IMG/VR virus record: IMGVR_UViG_3300050029_000207
Span: 1 to 58,746 of that record
Direction: 5' to 3' (one strand)
From: a virus
Lineage: Duplodnaviria; Caudoviricetes
DNA: 58,746 nucleotides
The translations under genes were made by a program, and so were the position numbers. Below are positions 18,053-27,582 of this stretch, piece by piece; within the stretch, counting starts at the first letter, position 1, and every line of letters starts with the position of its first letter. The notes under the pieces were generated by a model that made no database searches, was not told where the DNA came from, and was given only the letters and a program-made list of their open reading frames with translations.

Positions 18053-19326
18053 GGTAAAGAGGGTAATCCAAACACGGCAGAAACAGCCTTGACCTCGTTC
18101 CCGCGTGCAACGGCTAGGAATTTTTCAATCGAGGAGACGATCTTGGCAGTGTTCTTCATTGTCTCCCTGGCATAAACCGTTCCGCCGGATCCGCCAATCG
18201 TAAGTCCCATATGCTCCCATTGGGAGGCGGGAAGCTGTTTCATGTAGGCGACAGGGGGAGGGGCACCCGGTTTGAAGTTTTTCAGGAATTCTTCGAACTT
18301 GTCCTTGTATTTGTCGGTGACGTCCGCTCCGGTTTTGTCAACAAATCCCTTAGTGGCGTCAGCTTCAGGCTCAGACGAGAGGCCGAGCATCCTATTGATA
18401 AATCCAGGCTTGTCGCCCTCGATCAGAGCCGGAGTGATCCCTTCTTGTTTTCCGAACGCTCTTCTGGCTTGCTCTTCAAGGATTTGAGGTTCCGCATCCT
18501 TCGGAGGAGTGGCCCAATGTGTTAAATGTTTCGCGAGTTCGTCAACCCACTTGATGAATGATTCCATCGCCGGAGCGAGATCAACCGCAATCTTAGCCTT
18601 CAACGCCTCGAAATCAGCCTTCATCACAGACGTTTCCCATGACAACTGCGTCAAAACCGGATTCGCCTCCTCCAGCATTCTCGTCGCGTGGCTGAATTTC
18701 TCATTCAGTGCACCGACCGCCGCGCCATATTGCCAGACCTCGTTCTCACCAACGCCGATGGCATTTGCAAGAAGAGACCGCTTGATCGTGAAGTTTGTCC
18801 CGAAGCCAGACTGAAGAGTCTTGGCGTAATAGCGCTTGGCCTCTTCAGCGGCACGTGCGGTGGTTTGAATTGCTGTTCCTAAGACTCTGAGCGAGGCAGT
18901 AACCATTGCGGCAACCGGATTGATCTGCGCCAGTGCAGCGATAGAGCCGAGACCTGGAACGCCAAGTCCGACGCCAGCAAGACCGGACACCCCGGCGCGA
19001 ATTATCTGTCCACGGCTTACCTTGGAAGCCTGCTGTTGACGCAATTGAGCAGCAGCCTGAGCCGCCTGATTGGCCGCTGACTGCTTCGCAGCCCTTGCCG
19101 CATCAGCCTCGTCAAGCTTGCGGTTGCGGGCGGCCCGCTCACGCTTCTCGCGCTGCTTCTTCTCCTCACCTTGACGGTCTTCCTTTTCGTAAGTGGTTTC
19201 ACCAAGCCCCTTCACCGAAGAGGCGAGCCCATTGCTGATGATCTTGCCAGCCTTGGCTGCGTCCGCGCCCAATGAATCAAGCTGAAGCTTGAGATCAACC
19301 GCAATCTGATTGTCGGAATTGGCCAT
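18049..19326 (-). CDS. short tape-measure-like protein
   Basis: IAVDLKLQLD N-terminus; Ala/Gln-rich helical; follows chaperone pair. Confidence 0.6.
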   Translation of the reverse strand: MANSDNQIAVDLKLQLDSLGADAAKAGKIISNGLASSVKGLGETTYEKEDRQGEEKKQREKRERAARNRKLDEADAARAAKQSAANQAAQAAAQLRQQQASKVSRGQIIRAGVSGLAGVGLGVPGLGSIAALAQINPVAAMVTASLRVLGTAIQTTARAAEEAKRYYAKTLQSGFGTNFTIKRSLLANAIGVGENEVWQYGAAVGALNEKFSHATRMLEEANPVLTQLSWETSVMKADFEALKAKIAVDLAPAMESFIKWVDELAKHLTHWATPPKDAEPQILEEQARRAFGKQEGITPALIEGDKPGFINRMLGLSSEPEADATKGFVDKTGADVTDKYKDKFEEFLKNFKPGAPPPVAYMKQLPASQWEHMGLTIGGSGGTVYARETMKNTAKIVSSIEKFLAVARGNEVKAVSAVFGLPSLP

Positions 19327-19521
19327 TTACTTTTTGCTTTCGCGGTATTGCTTCATCAGTTTATTATATTCAGCCTTCACGTAACCGGGCGACTTGCGCT
19401 CTTCGCCGCCACCCCACATGCTGACCTCGTTCTCGCGTGCCCAGTTACTGTAGGCAAAACCCTGAACACCGTCCAGTTCCCAGTCAATGAACTCCGGCGA
19501 CCAACCGAACACCTTCATCAA
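19327..19521 (-). CDS. tail assembly chaperone, frameshift extension (GT-type)
   Basis: -1 frame open from slippery site; FGWSPEFI motif. Confidence 0.55.
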   Translation of the reverse strand: MMKVFGWSPEFIDWELDGVQGFAYSNWARENEVSMWGGGEERKSPGYVKAEYNKLMKQYRESKK

Positions 19522-19547
19522 CCTGCACTTTTTGTCGAACAGCCACC

Positions 19548-20081
19548 CTAAACCGTCAACGGTGCTGCCGACGAAGTAGGGTTTGCGTCGCCCGCCTCAC
19601 CTTCTTTTGGTGCTGGGCCGTATTCAATGTTGGCCGTGGCGTAAATGCGAGCCTGTTCGATGACCGCCTTGAAAATCTCAAAGCGACCCGCCATACGGAT
19701 CTCCTCGAACTTCTCTTCGGCAGCTGCGCGAACCGCCGCCTTACCGCCGGAGCGAATCATTTCCGCAACCGACTTCGGGTGTTCGGTGAACGTGTAGGCG
19801 AGGTCAAGCATCTCCGGCGATCGGTAGTCAAGCATCGCATCGTCGCGAGTTTTATCGCCGAGCAGCTTTGCCTTCAGGAAGTCGCTGAACGGATTCTCAA
19901 GCGCGGCCAACAGCTTGAAGTCGCCGTCCCGGAAGCGGCGAACCTTGTAAGGCCCAGCCGCAATGTCCGGGGCGAGCGTGAAGGCGTCAGCCAGCGGGCC
20001 AGGGAATGGCTCAGCCAAGGCTCGGACACCGGCCAAGTCCTCGACCTTTTGGTTAGCGATTGTTTCGTCGATGGGTGTCAT
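19548..20081 (-). CDS. tail assembly chaperone (G-type)
   Basis: between tube-like gene and tape measure; A AAC CCT heptamer near 3' end. Confidence 0.6.
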   Translation of the reverse strand: MTPIDETIANQKVEDLAGVRALAEPFPGPLADAFTLAPDIAAGPYKVRRFRDGDFKLLAALENPFSDFLKAKLLGDKTRDDAMLDYRSPEMLDLAYTFTEHPKSVAEMIRSGGKAAVRAAAEEKFEEIRMAGRFEIFKAVIEQARIYATANIEYGPAPKEGEAGDANPTSSAAPLTV

Positions 20082-20092
20082 AATTCAATTGG

Positions 20093-20575
20093 TTAAACCG
20101 CCGAGCCGCTCTGAAGAACGCCAGCCGTGCCTTCGATGAGAAGCAGGGCTTCGACTCGTAACACGCGCTCTCCAGCATGCTGTGGCGAAGCTTCGTAACT
20201 TGGGTCAATGACCTTGCAAGTGAAGACGTTTCCGACCGTCGGAGAGGCGCATGGAACAATTCCACCAGCGTCCGTAACGACAACTGTGTCGCCAGCTTTG
20301 GGAGGCGTCATGCGAGTGTCATCGCGCACGGTGATGTCCCACTGATGTCCGTGAGTAAGACGGATTCGAGTCGTCTGAACGCCGCTGCCGTTCTCGAGGT
20401 AGCTGACCTCTTGCTTTGGCGACTGATTGAACCGCGTCACGACATAGAAGCCGGAGGAAGGCTTCGGGGATTGCAAAAGGGCGTCGGTGCCCCAGCGGAT
20501 GGTTGTGACGCCTTCAACTAGGACGCCAATTGCCGCTGATCCACCGCTTAATGTTGGGGGCCATGAATTTGCCAT
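20093..20575 (-). CDS. putative tail tube protein
   Basis: 160 aa, beta-rich, synteny. Confidence 0.45.
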   Translation of the reverse strand: MANSWPPTLSGGSAAIGVLVEGVTTIRWGTDALLQSPKPSSGFYVVTRFNQSPKQEVSYLENGSGVQTTRIRLTHGHQWDITVRDDTRMTPPKAGDTVVVTDAGGIVPCASPTVGNVFTCKVIDPSYEASPQHAGERVLRVEALLLIEGTAGVLQSGSAV

Positions 20576-20605
20576 ATTTTATATTTGGTTGATTGTTTCT
20601 TCGGT

Positions 20606-20977
20606 TTAAGAACAGATTGCGGTCACTGCAGCCTGACATCCGGCAACCTGGGCGGCAGCGTAAATAGAAGCTACCCCAGGAATAACCGCAAATCCGAGCG
20701 GCTGAATCACCGCCAGCGTGACAGAACCGGCGATGGTGGCCTGATTGTAAAGCGTGATAGTGTTGGTGGGGTCAATGTTGATCACGGAGACATAGCTCGG
20801 TGTTCCCACCATGGTTGGCACAATCAGAACAGCGGTTGTGGCGCTGTAGGCAATGGTTAGCGTTTCCGTGATTGCGTTGTTGTTTGCCGGAACTTGCGTC
20901 GCGCTTGCGTTCGCAAGGAATGATTGGCCGTCAATGCTTGCATTGAGCGAGACTCCGACGCTTACTGAGTTTGCCAT
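20606..20977 (-). CDS. small virion structural protein
   Basis: Ala/Val/Thr-rich; (CAA)n A-rich leader. Confidence 0.55.
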   Translation of the reverse strand: MANSVSVGVSLNASIDGQSFLANASATQVPANNNAITETLTIAYSATTAVLIVPTMVGTPSYVSVINIDPTNTITLYNQATIAGSVTLAVIQPLGFAVIPGVASIYAAAQVAGCQAAVTAICS

Positions 20978-21010
20978 AATTTTGTATTTTTGTTGTTGTT
21001 GTTGTTGTTT

Positions 21011-21559
21011 TTAACTAATTGCTATTCCGGGAATGTCATTAGCGCAGGAAAACGACACGCTAAATCCGTCAATGAACGCGTTCCCCGCATTCCCAAGTGC
21101 CGGCACACCCGGCATCGGGTCAATTCCGACATAATCAATCGGAAATTCTTCGCTGATTGAAAGCATGACGCGGATCTTGTCGCGCAGGATCTCAACCGAG
21201 TCGTAAAAGTCTTCTTCCTGAATCTCGGGATTTGCGTCCGGATTCGGCAGCAGGTTCTTGAATCCGTGACCGCGAAGGATCACAACAATCCAGCGCCGGT
21301 CGACCCGGTGAAGGGTGTTAGCCTGATTGAAACCGCCGCGCGACTTCTCACCGTTCCAAACGATCAGGATGGTCGGCTCATCCTTTGTGCGGTTGTAAAT
21401 CTCCTCCCACAAGTGGCGCATGTTCGCCATGATCTTGACCTGATCCGAGCGACAGCCGCGTGGCTTAGCAAAGGAATTGAACAGCCAGGTGCCAATCATT
21501 TGCGCCTGCTTTTTGATAGAAGGCGGGCTGGCGAGGTGATTTGGGTAGGAGTTACTCAT
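21011..21559 (-). CDS. putative tail terminator/completion protein
   Basis: synteny after virion morphogenesis gene; RWIVVIL...FYDSVEILRDKI. Confidence 0.5.
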   Translation of the reverse strand: MSNSYPNHLASPPSIKKQAQMIGTWLFNSFAKPRGCRSDQVKIMANMRHLWEEIYNRTKDEPTILIVWNGEKSRGGFNQANTLHRVDRRWIVVILRGHGFKNLLPNPDANPEIQEEDFYDSVEILRDKIRVMLSISEEFPIDYVGIDPMPGVPALGNAGNAFIDGFSVSFSCANDIPGIAIS

Positions 21560-22023
21560 CGAAGCTCCTGTGCGAATTGAATCTTCGCGATGTCGAGAAC
21601 CTGCTCTCGGGTGTATTGCGTAACCTGACCGTTGGCGTCAATCGGAAAATAGGGGCGAGCTGGAAGGTTGCCTTTGGGATTCCCGAACTGATGTGCCAAG
21701 GCGTATGGGATGTCGTCACTGCTGACGGATACGGTTGAAGCGTCCTCGGCGTAAGCGACCTTAATGGCGCTGTGAAGTGCGCCGCTGACGTTCAGTGTAG
21801 CGGCCTCGCGGTGAACCTTCTTGGCATAGGCCGGGGACAAGTCGGCCCATTCAGACGGGCGATCCATCCCCTGCATACCGAAATTCGACAGCGTGATCTG
21901 GTGGAAGATGTCGGCCATTGCGTTCTGCGCGGACTGGCGAGCTGGCTCGATCTCAGACTTGAGATACGGCGCAAGGCCATTTAGCGAGGTCTGCCGGATT
22001 GAGAATTTGACGGCGACTTTCAT
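21556..22023 (-). CDS. virion morphogenesis protein (Mu gpG/P2 gpS-like)
   Basis: WADLSPAY...TLNVSGAL...YALAHQFG...LPARPYF. Confidence 0.85.
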   Translation of the reverse strand: MKVAVKFSIRQTSLNGLAPYLKSEIEPARQSAQNAMADIFHQITLSNFGMQGMDRPSEWADLSPAYAKKVHREAATLNVSGALHSAIKVAYAEDASTVSVSSDDIPYALAHQFGNPKGNLPARPYFPIDANGQVTQYTREQVLDIAKIQFAQELR

Positions 22024-22191
22024 GACTGCTTCCTCCAGATTACGGATGAGGAGGTTATGCGCGGATCCTTCTCATCAGCCCTCACAAGATACGAAGGAGC
22101 ACCATCAATCCAAGCCTTGAAAATAACTGCGTCTTTTGCGGCTACTGGAACCATTTCAGAGTTCAGCGGCAATGCCGATTCGATGTTCGGT

Positions 22192-24129
22192 TTATTTTTC
22201 ACGCAATTCCTTTGCTGCCGTTTCAATGGCTTTAGCGAACGCTTTCCAAGTCGAGGAAACGGAACTCGTGTAAGCTTCAGGGTCGCTGTATTTCAGTGCC
22301 CTGACCTCTGCGTAGGTTTCATTCATCGGAACGAACACCCCGGCAAGACCACTGTCAACTCCCCAGCCGGAAGTTTGCCCGGCGCGATATTTTTCCCACC
22401 AAGATTTACTATAGGGCGTGACTCCATCATCCTTTTCAAGCTTGTCATATCCAGTCCCGCGCCAAATCTTACTAACAAGCGCAAGAATAGGATACCGGCC
22501 AAGGAACTCTTCGCGAATCTCGCCACTTGGATACATCGGGTCTTCCGGATCCTTGATCGCAAGCTCTTCTTGCCGGCGGAACTCATTCATCACAGAATCG
22601 AATTCGTGGTGCGCATATTCGTGCCCGATGATATGCAGCATTTGCTTGCGGGACATTCCGCCAACCGGCTTAAAAAGATTTATGGTCTTGGCTGTCCGGT
22701 CGTAAGAGCCTACAGCCTCGAAGCTCCAATCCCCGATCTTCACTGGGTAGGATTCTTCTGTCAATCTGATCCGGCAGTCGGAATTGACTCGGCATTCTTT
22801 TGCGATGTCATTTATCTGATCTTGAGTCCAAGAAACCGTTCCGTGGCTTGTGATATCACCCGGCCCTTCAGACCAACGTCCGTGCTTGTCCCGCTTCTCT
22901 TCACTGACGTCATGCGCGGTTGCCTGAATGCCAGACTTCCTCCGTCCGCCAATTAAATTGCAACGACATCCGCAAACTTCGCTTGCTGGCCCTTGCGGGT
23001 CGCCGGGAAAGCGTAAACCGTTCGGGAACTCATGCCCGATAGTTATCTCACCGGCCTCCTCGCATTCGCGGTGCGATTGACGCACTTTCTCGTCCCCTTG
23101 GGTGACCCAAAGGCACGTTTCGAAGCCGGCACGCTGCAGGAGCCTCGTCTGAGCGCCTCCATAGGTCGCCTGCGCTTCCGTCAGGCTGACAACGGAGCCT
23201 TGGCCCTTTTTAATGGCCGACGCCTCTAAACCGATCCTGGAGCGTATTTCGCGGTCAGTTTGACCCCTTTCGATGCCGTCGGTGACGATTCGGGTCAACC
23301 GCTGGCTCATTTCAACCGGAAACCCGCTCAGAACCGCTCGACGTTGCTCCACAAACTCCTTCAGAACAGCGGGCGGGACAACTTCAGGCTCTTCGCCAAG
23401 GACTCCTTCTAGACCGACTGTGGACGTTTCGTAAGCCTCCTCGCCGGCATCAGCCATCAGCATCAGGAACAGGAGGATCACCTCTTCTTCAATGGCGGCT
23501 TTCTTCTTGGCTTCAGCCTTGCGGTCGGCGGCGAGTTGGGCGGCTTTGGCTGCCGCATAGTCAACGGAACGATCCACTGCTCGCTTGTAAACGGCTTCAG
23601 CGCGATTACGAACTGCGTCATGGGACTCAGGTTGGTTTGGGGCATAATAGGTTGGGCGGCTGTCGCGGGCGAGGAGGGTCTCGATGCGGGAGGCGAGGGA
23701 GGAGGTTATTTCTGCAACCTGATTGTGGAATGTCGGATTGCGATAACGAATAGGATGTCGTTTAACATCCTTCGCGTCAGACTTAAACATCGCTATTGCA
23801 TCATGACCGCGCCCTTTCTTAGGCCTCCAGGAATAGGCAATTCCTTGTTCTGATTCGTAAAATTCAGCAGTTCCTTTTGGCGTGACAAGCGAGTCTCCGG
23901 GTTTGAAGCCGTGCTCCTTAAGGTGTGATACAAGTCCGGACTTTGAGATCCCTTCCTTGTTCCACTGGCGGATATCAGAAGGGTCGCGCTGCGTGAATCC
24001 GGCATCGAAAGCTTCTTGCTTACCGGTGTATTGGTTATGCCCTTCTTGGTTTGATCCATTCACAAAGATCCGCTCCAGCAGAACCTTCCGGTCATGCCTG
24101 GCGTAGATTTGTTCGAGGGTTGCGTTCAT
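22192..24129 (-). CDS. MuF/SPP1 gp7 minor head protein with C-terminal zincin-like domain
   Basis: WVTQGDEKVRQSH...LRFPGDP...VCGCRC; HEYAH...TPYS...NETYAE. Confidence 0.85.
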   Translation of the reverse strand: MNATLEQIYARHDRKVLLERIFVNGSNQEGHNQYTGKQEAFDAGFTQRDPSDIRQWNKEGISKSGLVSHLKEHGFKPGDSLVTPKGTAEFYESEQGIAYSWRPKKGRGHDAIAMFKSDAKDVKRHPIRYRNPTFHNQVAEITSSLASRIETLLARDSRPTYYAPNQPESHDAVRNRAEAVYKRAVDRSVDYAAAKAAQLAADRKAEAKKKAAIEEEVILLFLMLMADAGEEAYETSTVGLEGVLGEEPEVVPPAVLKEFVEQRRAVLSGFPVEMSQRLTRIVTDGIERGQTDREIRSRIGLEASAIKKGQGSVVSLTEAQATYGGAQTRLLQRAGFETCLWVTQGDEKVRQSHRECEEAGEITIGHEFPNGLRFPGDPQGPASEVCGCRCNLIGGRRKSGIQATAHDVSEEKRDKHGRWSEGPGDITSHGTVSWTQDQINDIAKECRVNSDCRIRLTEESYPVKIGDWSFEAVGSYDRTAKTINLFKPVGGMSRKQMLHIIGHEYAHHEFDSVMNEFRRQEELAIKDPEDPMYPSGEIREEFLGRYPILALVSKIWRGTGYDKLEKDDGVTPYSKSWWEKYRAGQTSGWGVDSGLAGVFVPMNETYAEVRALKYSDPEAYTSSVSSTWKAFAKAIETAAKELREK

Positions 24130-24932
24130 GGCTGTCCGAGGTCGCTGGTCGGGAATCCGAACTGGTTGCCCCAGCCGTATTGCTGGAGGTTTACTTCCTG
24201 ACCGCCGTCAACGAAGCCGTAGCGCACCATGCCGGGGATCGGCGGATTGTCGAAGGTGAGGGTCGCCGTGACGGTCGCTCCGGCAGTTCCTTTGAGAAGG
24301 ACGCGGTTGCTTTGCGCCTTGAAAGTTACTGGACTGGCACTGCTGACAACTGCGCCGCTGGCGATGATGTTGGTGTCGTTCGCGCCAAGCGTGTAGGTGT
24401 AGAAGGTGTCGGGCCTGACCGCCAAGGCGTAGTAACCGTTGACGTCGTAAGCCGCCGTGGCGGGAACGGCATTCAGGGTCACGCCGACCGAGTTAGCCCA
24501 GTCAGCACCGCAGGGGTCGGTTGGCGGGGTAACGGCGGCACCCTTGCGCACCTTCTCAACCCACTCCATGGCCTCACGGTAGAAAATGGCGAACGGGGAA
24601 CTGGTGCCCTTTTCCGTGATGATGACCATCTTCAGATTGGGCGTGGAAATGATCAGCTGGTATGCTGCAATGTCAATCGCATAACGCTCTGCCTCTGGCG
24701 GAACGGATCCCGCCGTGCAGGAAAGGGGAACGGATCCCGCGTTCTGGATCGCAGCGCGTATCTGAGCAACGGCCTGCGCCATGAGGTGGTCGGCGCGGTT
24801 ATCATCGGTTGGGTCGTATGCCTGACCATCAACGACACCTTCGCCGACATTCTGGTTAGCCTGCTGGAACACAGCAAGGTTCAATACCTTGCTGATATCG
24901 GCTCCGACCGGCGCTATCCAGTTTGTTGACAT
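24126..24932 (-). CDS. head-tail adaptor (Mu gp36-like) with extra beta domain
   Basis: VPPEAERYAIDIAAYQL...YREAMEWVEKV. Confidence 0.7.
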   Translation of the reverse strand: MSTNWIAPVGADISKVLNLAVFQQANQNVGEGVVDGQAYDPTDDNRADHLMAQAVAQIRAAIQNAGSVPLSCTAGSVPPEAERYAIDIAAYQLIISTPNLKMVIITEKGTSSPFAIFYREAMEWVEKVRKGAAVTPPTDPCGADWANSVGVTLNAVPATAAYDVNGYYALAVRPDTFYTYTLGANDTNIIASGAVVSSASPVTFKAQSNRVLLKGTAGATVTATLTFDNPPIPGMVRYGFVDGGQEVNLQQYGWGNQFGFPTSDLGQP

Positions 24933-24950
24933 GTTTCATTTGCCTGAATG

Positions 24951-24995
24951 GGCTGCCGACCTGGAGAAAAGGAGGTAAAACTCCGGTCAGCAGCC
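24951..24995. terminator. intergenic stem-loop
   Basis: GGCTGCCGACCTGGAG...CTCCGGTCAGCAGCC. Confidence 0.45.
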
Positions 24996-25013
24996 CAACC
25001 GCCGGGCAAGTTG

Positions 25014-25748
25014 TTACTTCGACTGGCTGACGTAGAACTGATAGTTCGTGACTGCACAGTTCGCTGGGGCGACGCAACCGCCGATATACAGCGTTGAATA
25101 ACCAGCCAGCGTAGTGGCCGATGGCGCTCCCGCAGTGGTCGCGCCCGTAACAGGCCCAATCGTTGTCGTTGAAGTATAAACCGTACTAACTACCGCCGAC
25201 GCCGGAATGGTGTTGGTCACAGTTGCGAACCATTCAATGTTCAAGCCAGTCCCAATCGCATTCGTAGGAGCACCGCCCTGAATGTTGCGACCCAGAAACC
25301 AGATGTGATTTGTAGGACTGGCACCGATTGTGGCCATGACCTGTGAGTTCATCTGGATTCCAACCGTTTTGGTGTCAGGAGCAAGCGAGACAGCCGTGAT
25401 GTTCGTAACTGTTCCACCAGCGTAGATCCCACCCGGCCAGATGCCGTTGGTGTTGACGCCAAACAGTTGGTTCGTGTAAGAGCTATTGCCGATGCTTGTG
25501 ACCGAAGGCCCGTTCGGAAGAACACCGATGATAGTAGCCGCACTCGCAGTAAGGCCAATGAGCAGGCAAGCAATCAGCAGTGCCGTCGCCTTGGCGACCG
25601 CAGAGGCGACTTCATGCACATACTTCAGGGTCTTGTCACACTGAACGCGAATGACACTCTTGTCCTTCTGGGCAGCGGCTACAGCCTCTGCGTCGTTTGC
25701 GAACTCTTTGGCTTCGGCAGTTTTACCGTTAAGGAAATGATATTTCAT
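25014..25748 (-). CDS. capsid-adjacent protein with internal signal/TM segment
   Basis: ATALLIACLLIGLTASAA followed by Thr/Asn-rich beta region. Confidence 0.6.
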   Translation of the reverse strand: MKYHFLNGKTAEAKEFANDAEAVAAAQKDKSVIRVQCDKTLKYVHEVASAVAKATALLIACLLIGLTASAATIIGVLPNGPSVTSIGNSSYTNQLFGVNTNGIWPGGIYAGGTVTNITAVSLAPDTKTVGIQMNSQVMATIGASPTNHIWFLGRNIQGGAPTNAIGTGLNIEWFATVTNTIPASAVVSTVYTSTTTIGPVTGATTAGAPSATTLAGYSTLYIGGCVAPANCAVTNYQFYVSQSK

Positions 25749-25793
25749 AATTCGTTATTCGTTGAGATTGATTGATGTTTGTTGATTGTTGGT

Positions 25794-25828
25794 TCAGGCC
25801 TGCGGCGACCGATCCGCCGCAGACCTGA
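25794..25828. terminator. stem-loop downstream of capsid gene
   Basis: TCAGGCCTGCGGCG-accgatc-CGCCGCAGACCTGA. Confidence 0.55.
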
Positions 25829-25834
25829 GATTGA

Positions 25835-27547
25835 TTATTTCTGGCGCAGGAGCATCAACTGGCGCTCATCACCAAGTCCAGTGCCCCACTGGCAGGCGGC
25901 ACGCATATAGACCGTCTCATAGAAGTTGTCGAGGAACTTCACGATCATGAACGGAATTTTGAGTTTCGGCGTGGTGAACATTTCGATCGCGGCGAGCGTC
26001 GGAATGGACGGATCAACCTTGGTGTAGTCCAAAGGCGGACGGCTGACAAACATCAGGCCGTTGCGAGTGCCGCCGATGCCAACCACGTTTGCCGCAGCCG
26101 GATTTCCTGGCACAACCGTCAGCGCATTCGTGCCGGAGTCCGCGCCGGAGCCGCTGGTTGAATTGTTGTCAGCAATAAGCTGCGAGGCACGGAACTTGTT
26201 GTTACCAATGCGCGTGAACATGCCGGTCTGGATCAGGTTCTCGCCCTTGTTCTGGGCGATTCCTTGAATTGACTGGTTCAGCTGGAACGCATCGCTGGCG
26301 GCGATGGTCGCTTCCAGGTTCGTGTGCGCCCAGACGAACCGCTGAAGGTCGGTAGCGCCAGGAGCCTCATCGCCACCCGGGAACTTGCTCAAGTTCATCG
26401 CAGCGCGCAGGACACTGACGAAGGTTGACAACGTCGCGCCAGCCACATTGAAGTAGCCCTTTCCGAACGTCGGATCAACGAACGCCGAAGCCGCCGTGAT
26501 GGTGCTGGTCGCAACACCGTCATTCGCGAAACGGGTCGAGCCGTTGATCGCCGTATTGATCAGCGTGTAGAAGATATATTCCGCCAGGCCGTAAAGCATG
26601 GGATTCTTCTGTTCGGCCAGCAGTGCGCGAGCCGTCGTGCCAAGCACGAAGTTGTTGATGCCGATTCCGACACCGGCATAATTCGACATTTGAACCATCA
26701 CGTCAACGTCCGTTCCGGGAGACGCATTGGTGCCCCAGGAGTTGGTCAGCGTCTTGAGCATGACGCCGGGAACCTGTTGATAGCGGGAGCGTGCCCACTG
26801 CTTGAACAGAACCGGAGTCCCGGTCGTGTCGGTGGTGATATCACCAATCGCGAGCAGCTGGTTTTCCAGATGGCCAAACGACCACTGGAGGGTCAGCGCG
26901 GTGTTTAGGACACCGAGCGCACCAGCCGGGTCAGCGTAACCGTCGTAAGCCGCTTTGACGAAATCTTCCGTCAGGGCAAAGTTTCCACCCTTTTCAACGG
27001 CGGTGATGATGTCGGAAAGCATCTCGCTTTTAGCATGCGCCATCGTGGTCGCGTCCTTGATACCCTTCTCGTCGTTGTTCACAGCGCGGATCATGCCGCC
27101 AAGCTTGCGGAGCTTGAACTCCGGCTCGGTGGCCTGGAGGAAGCCACGCACGGTTTCGCGCAGGCCAACTTCACCAACCTCAAGGCGAGCGCTGATCCCC
27201 TCAACCGAGGAGGTTGTGCGCTGACCGAGGTTGCTGGCCTGAACTTTGGCCGGCAGGTTGTTGATATAGCTGATGCCGAGACCGGGCTTGCTGGCCTCGA
27301 GATCCATCGCCGTGGCTTTCACTGTGGCGGTGTCTTCCTTGGGCGCGAACGCCTTGCTGGTCTTGATGGCGTTGTCAACGGCGGCTTCGCGGCTGGCGAG
27401 AAGTTGCTGTTGAGCAGCGTGTTCGGCTGCGGTGATAAACTCGTGACCGCTTTCGGCGAGCACGTCCAATTCAGCGCCAGTGAACTCATAGGCGCTGCCT
27501 GCTTTCAACTTCGATTCAGCAGGAATCTTCTGCATTACAATTTTCAT
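25835..27547 (-). CDS. major capsid protein with probable N-terminal scaffold/propeptide
   Basis: follows protease; strongly biased codons; 570 aa; followed by stem-loop. Confidence 0.7.
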   Translation of the reverse strand: MKIVMQKIPAESKLKAGSAYEFTGAELDVLAESGHEFITAAEHAAQQQLLASREAAVDNAIKTSKAFAPKEDTATVKATAMDLEASKPGLGISYINNLPAKVQASNLGQRTTSSVEGISARLEVGEVGLRETVRGFLQATEPEFKLRKLGGMIRAVNNDEKGIKDATTMAHAKSEMLSDIITAVEKGGNFALTEDFVKAAYDGYADPAGALGVLNTALTLQWSFGHLENQLLAIGDITTDTTGTPVLFKQWARSRYQQVPGVMLKTLTNSWGTNASPGTDVDVMVQMSNYAGVGIGINNFVLGTTARALLAEQKNPMLYGLAEYIFYTLINTAINGSTRFANDGVATSTITAASAFVDPTFGKGYFNVAGATLSTFVSVLRAAMNLSKFPGGDEAPGATDLQRFVWAHTNLEATIAASDAFQLNQSIQGIAQNKGENLIQTGMFTRIGNNKFRASQLIADNNSTSGSGADSGTNALTVVPGNPAAANVVGIGGTRNGLMFVSRPPLDYTKVDPSIPTLAAIEMFTTPKLKIPFMIVKFLDNFYETVYMRAACQWGTGLGDERQLMLLRQK

Positions 27548-27582
27548 TGTGTATTTATTTGTGTTGGTTGTTGATTCCGCTT

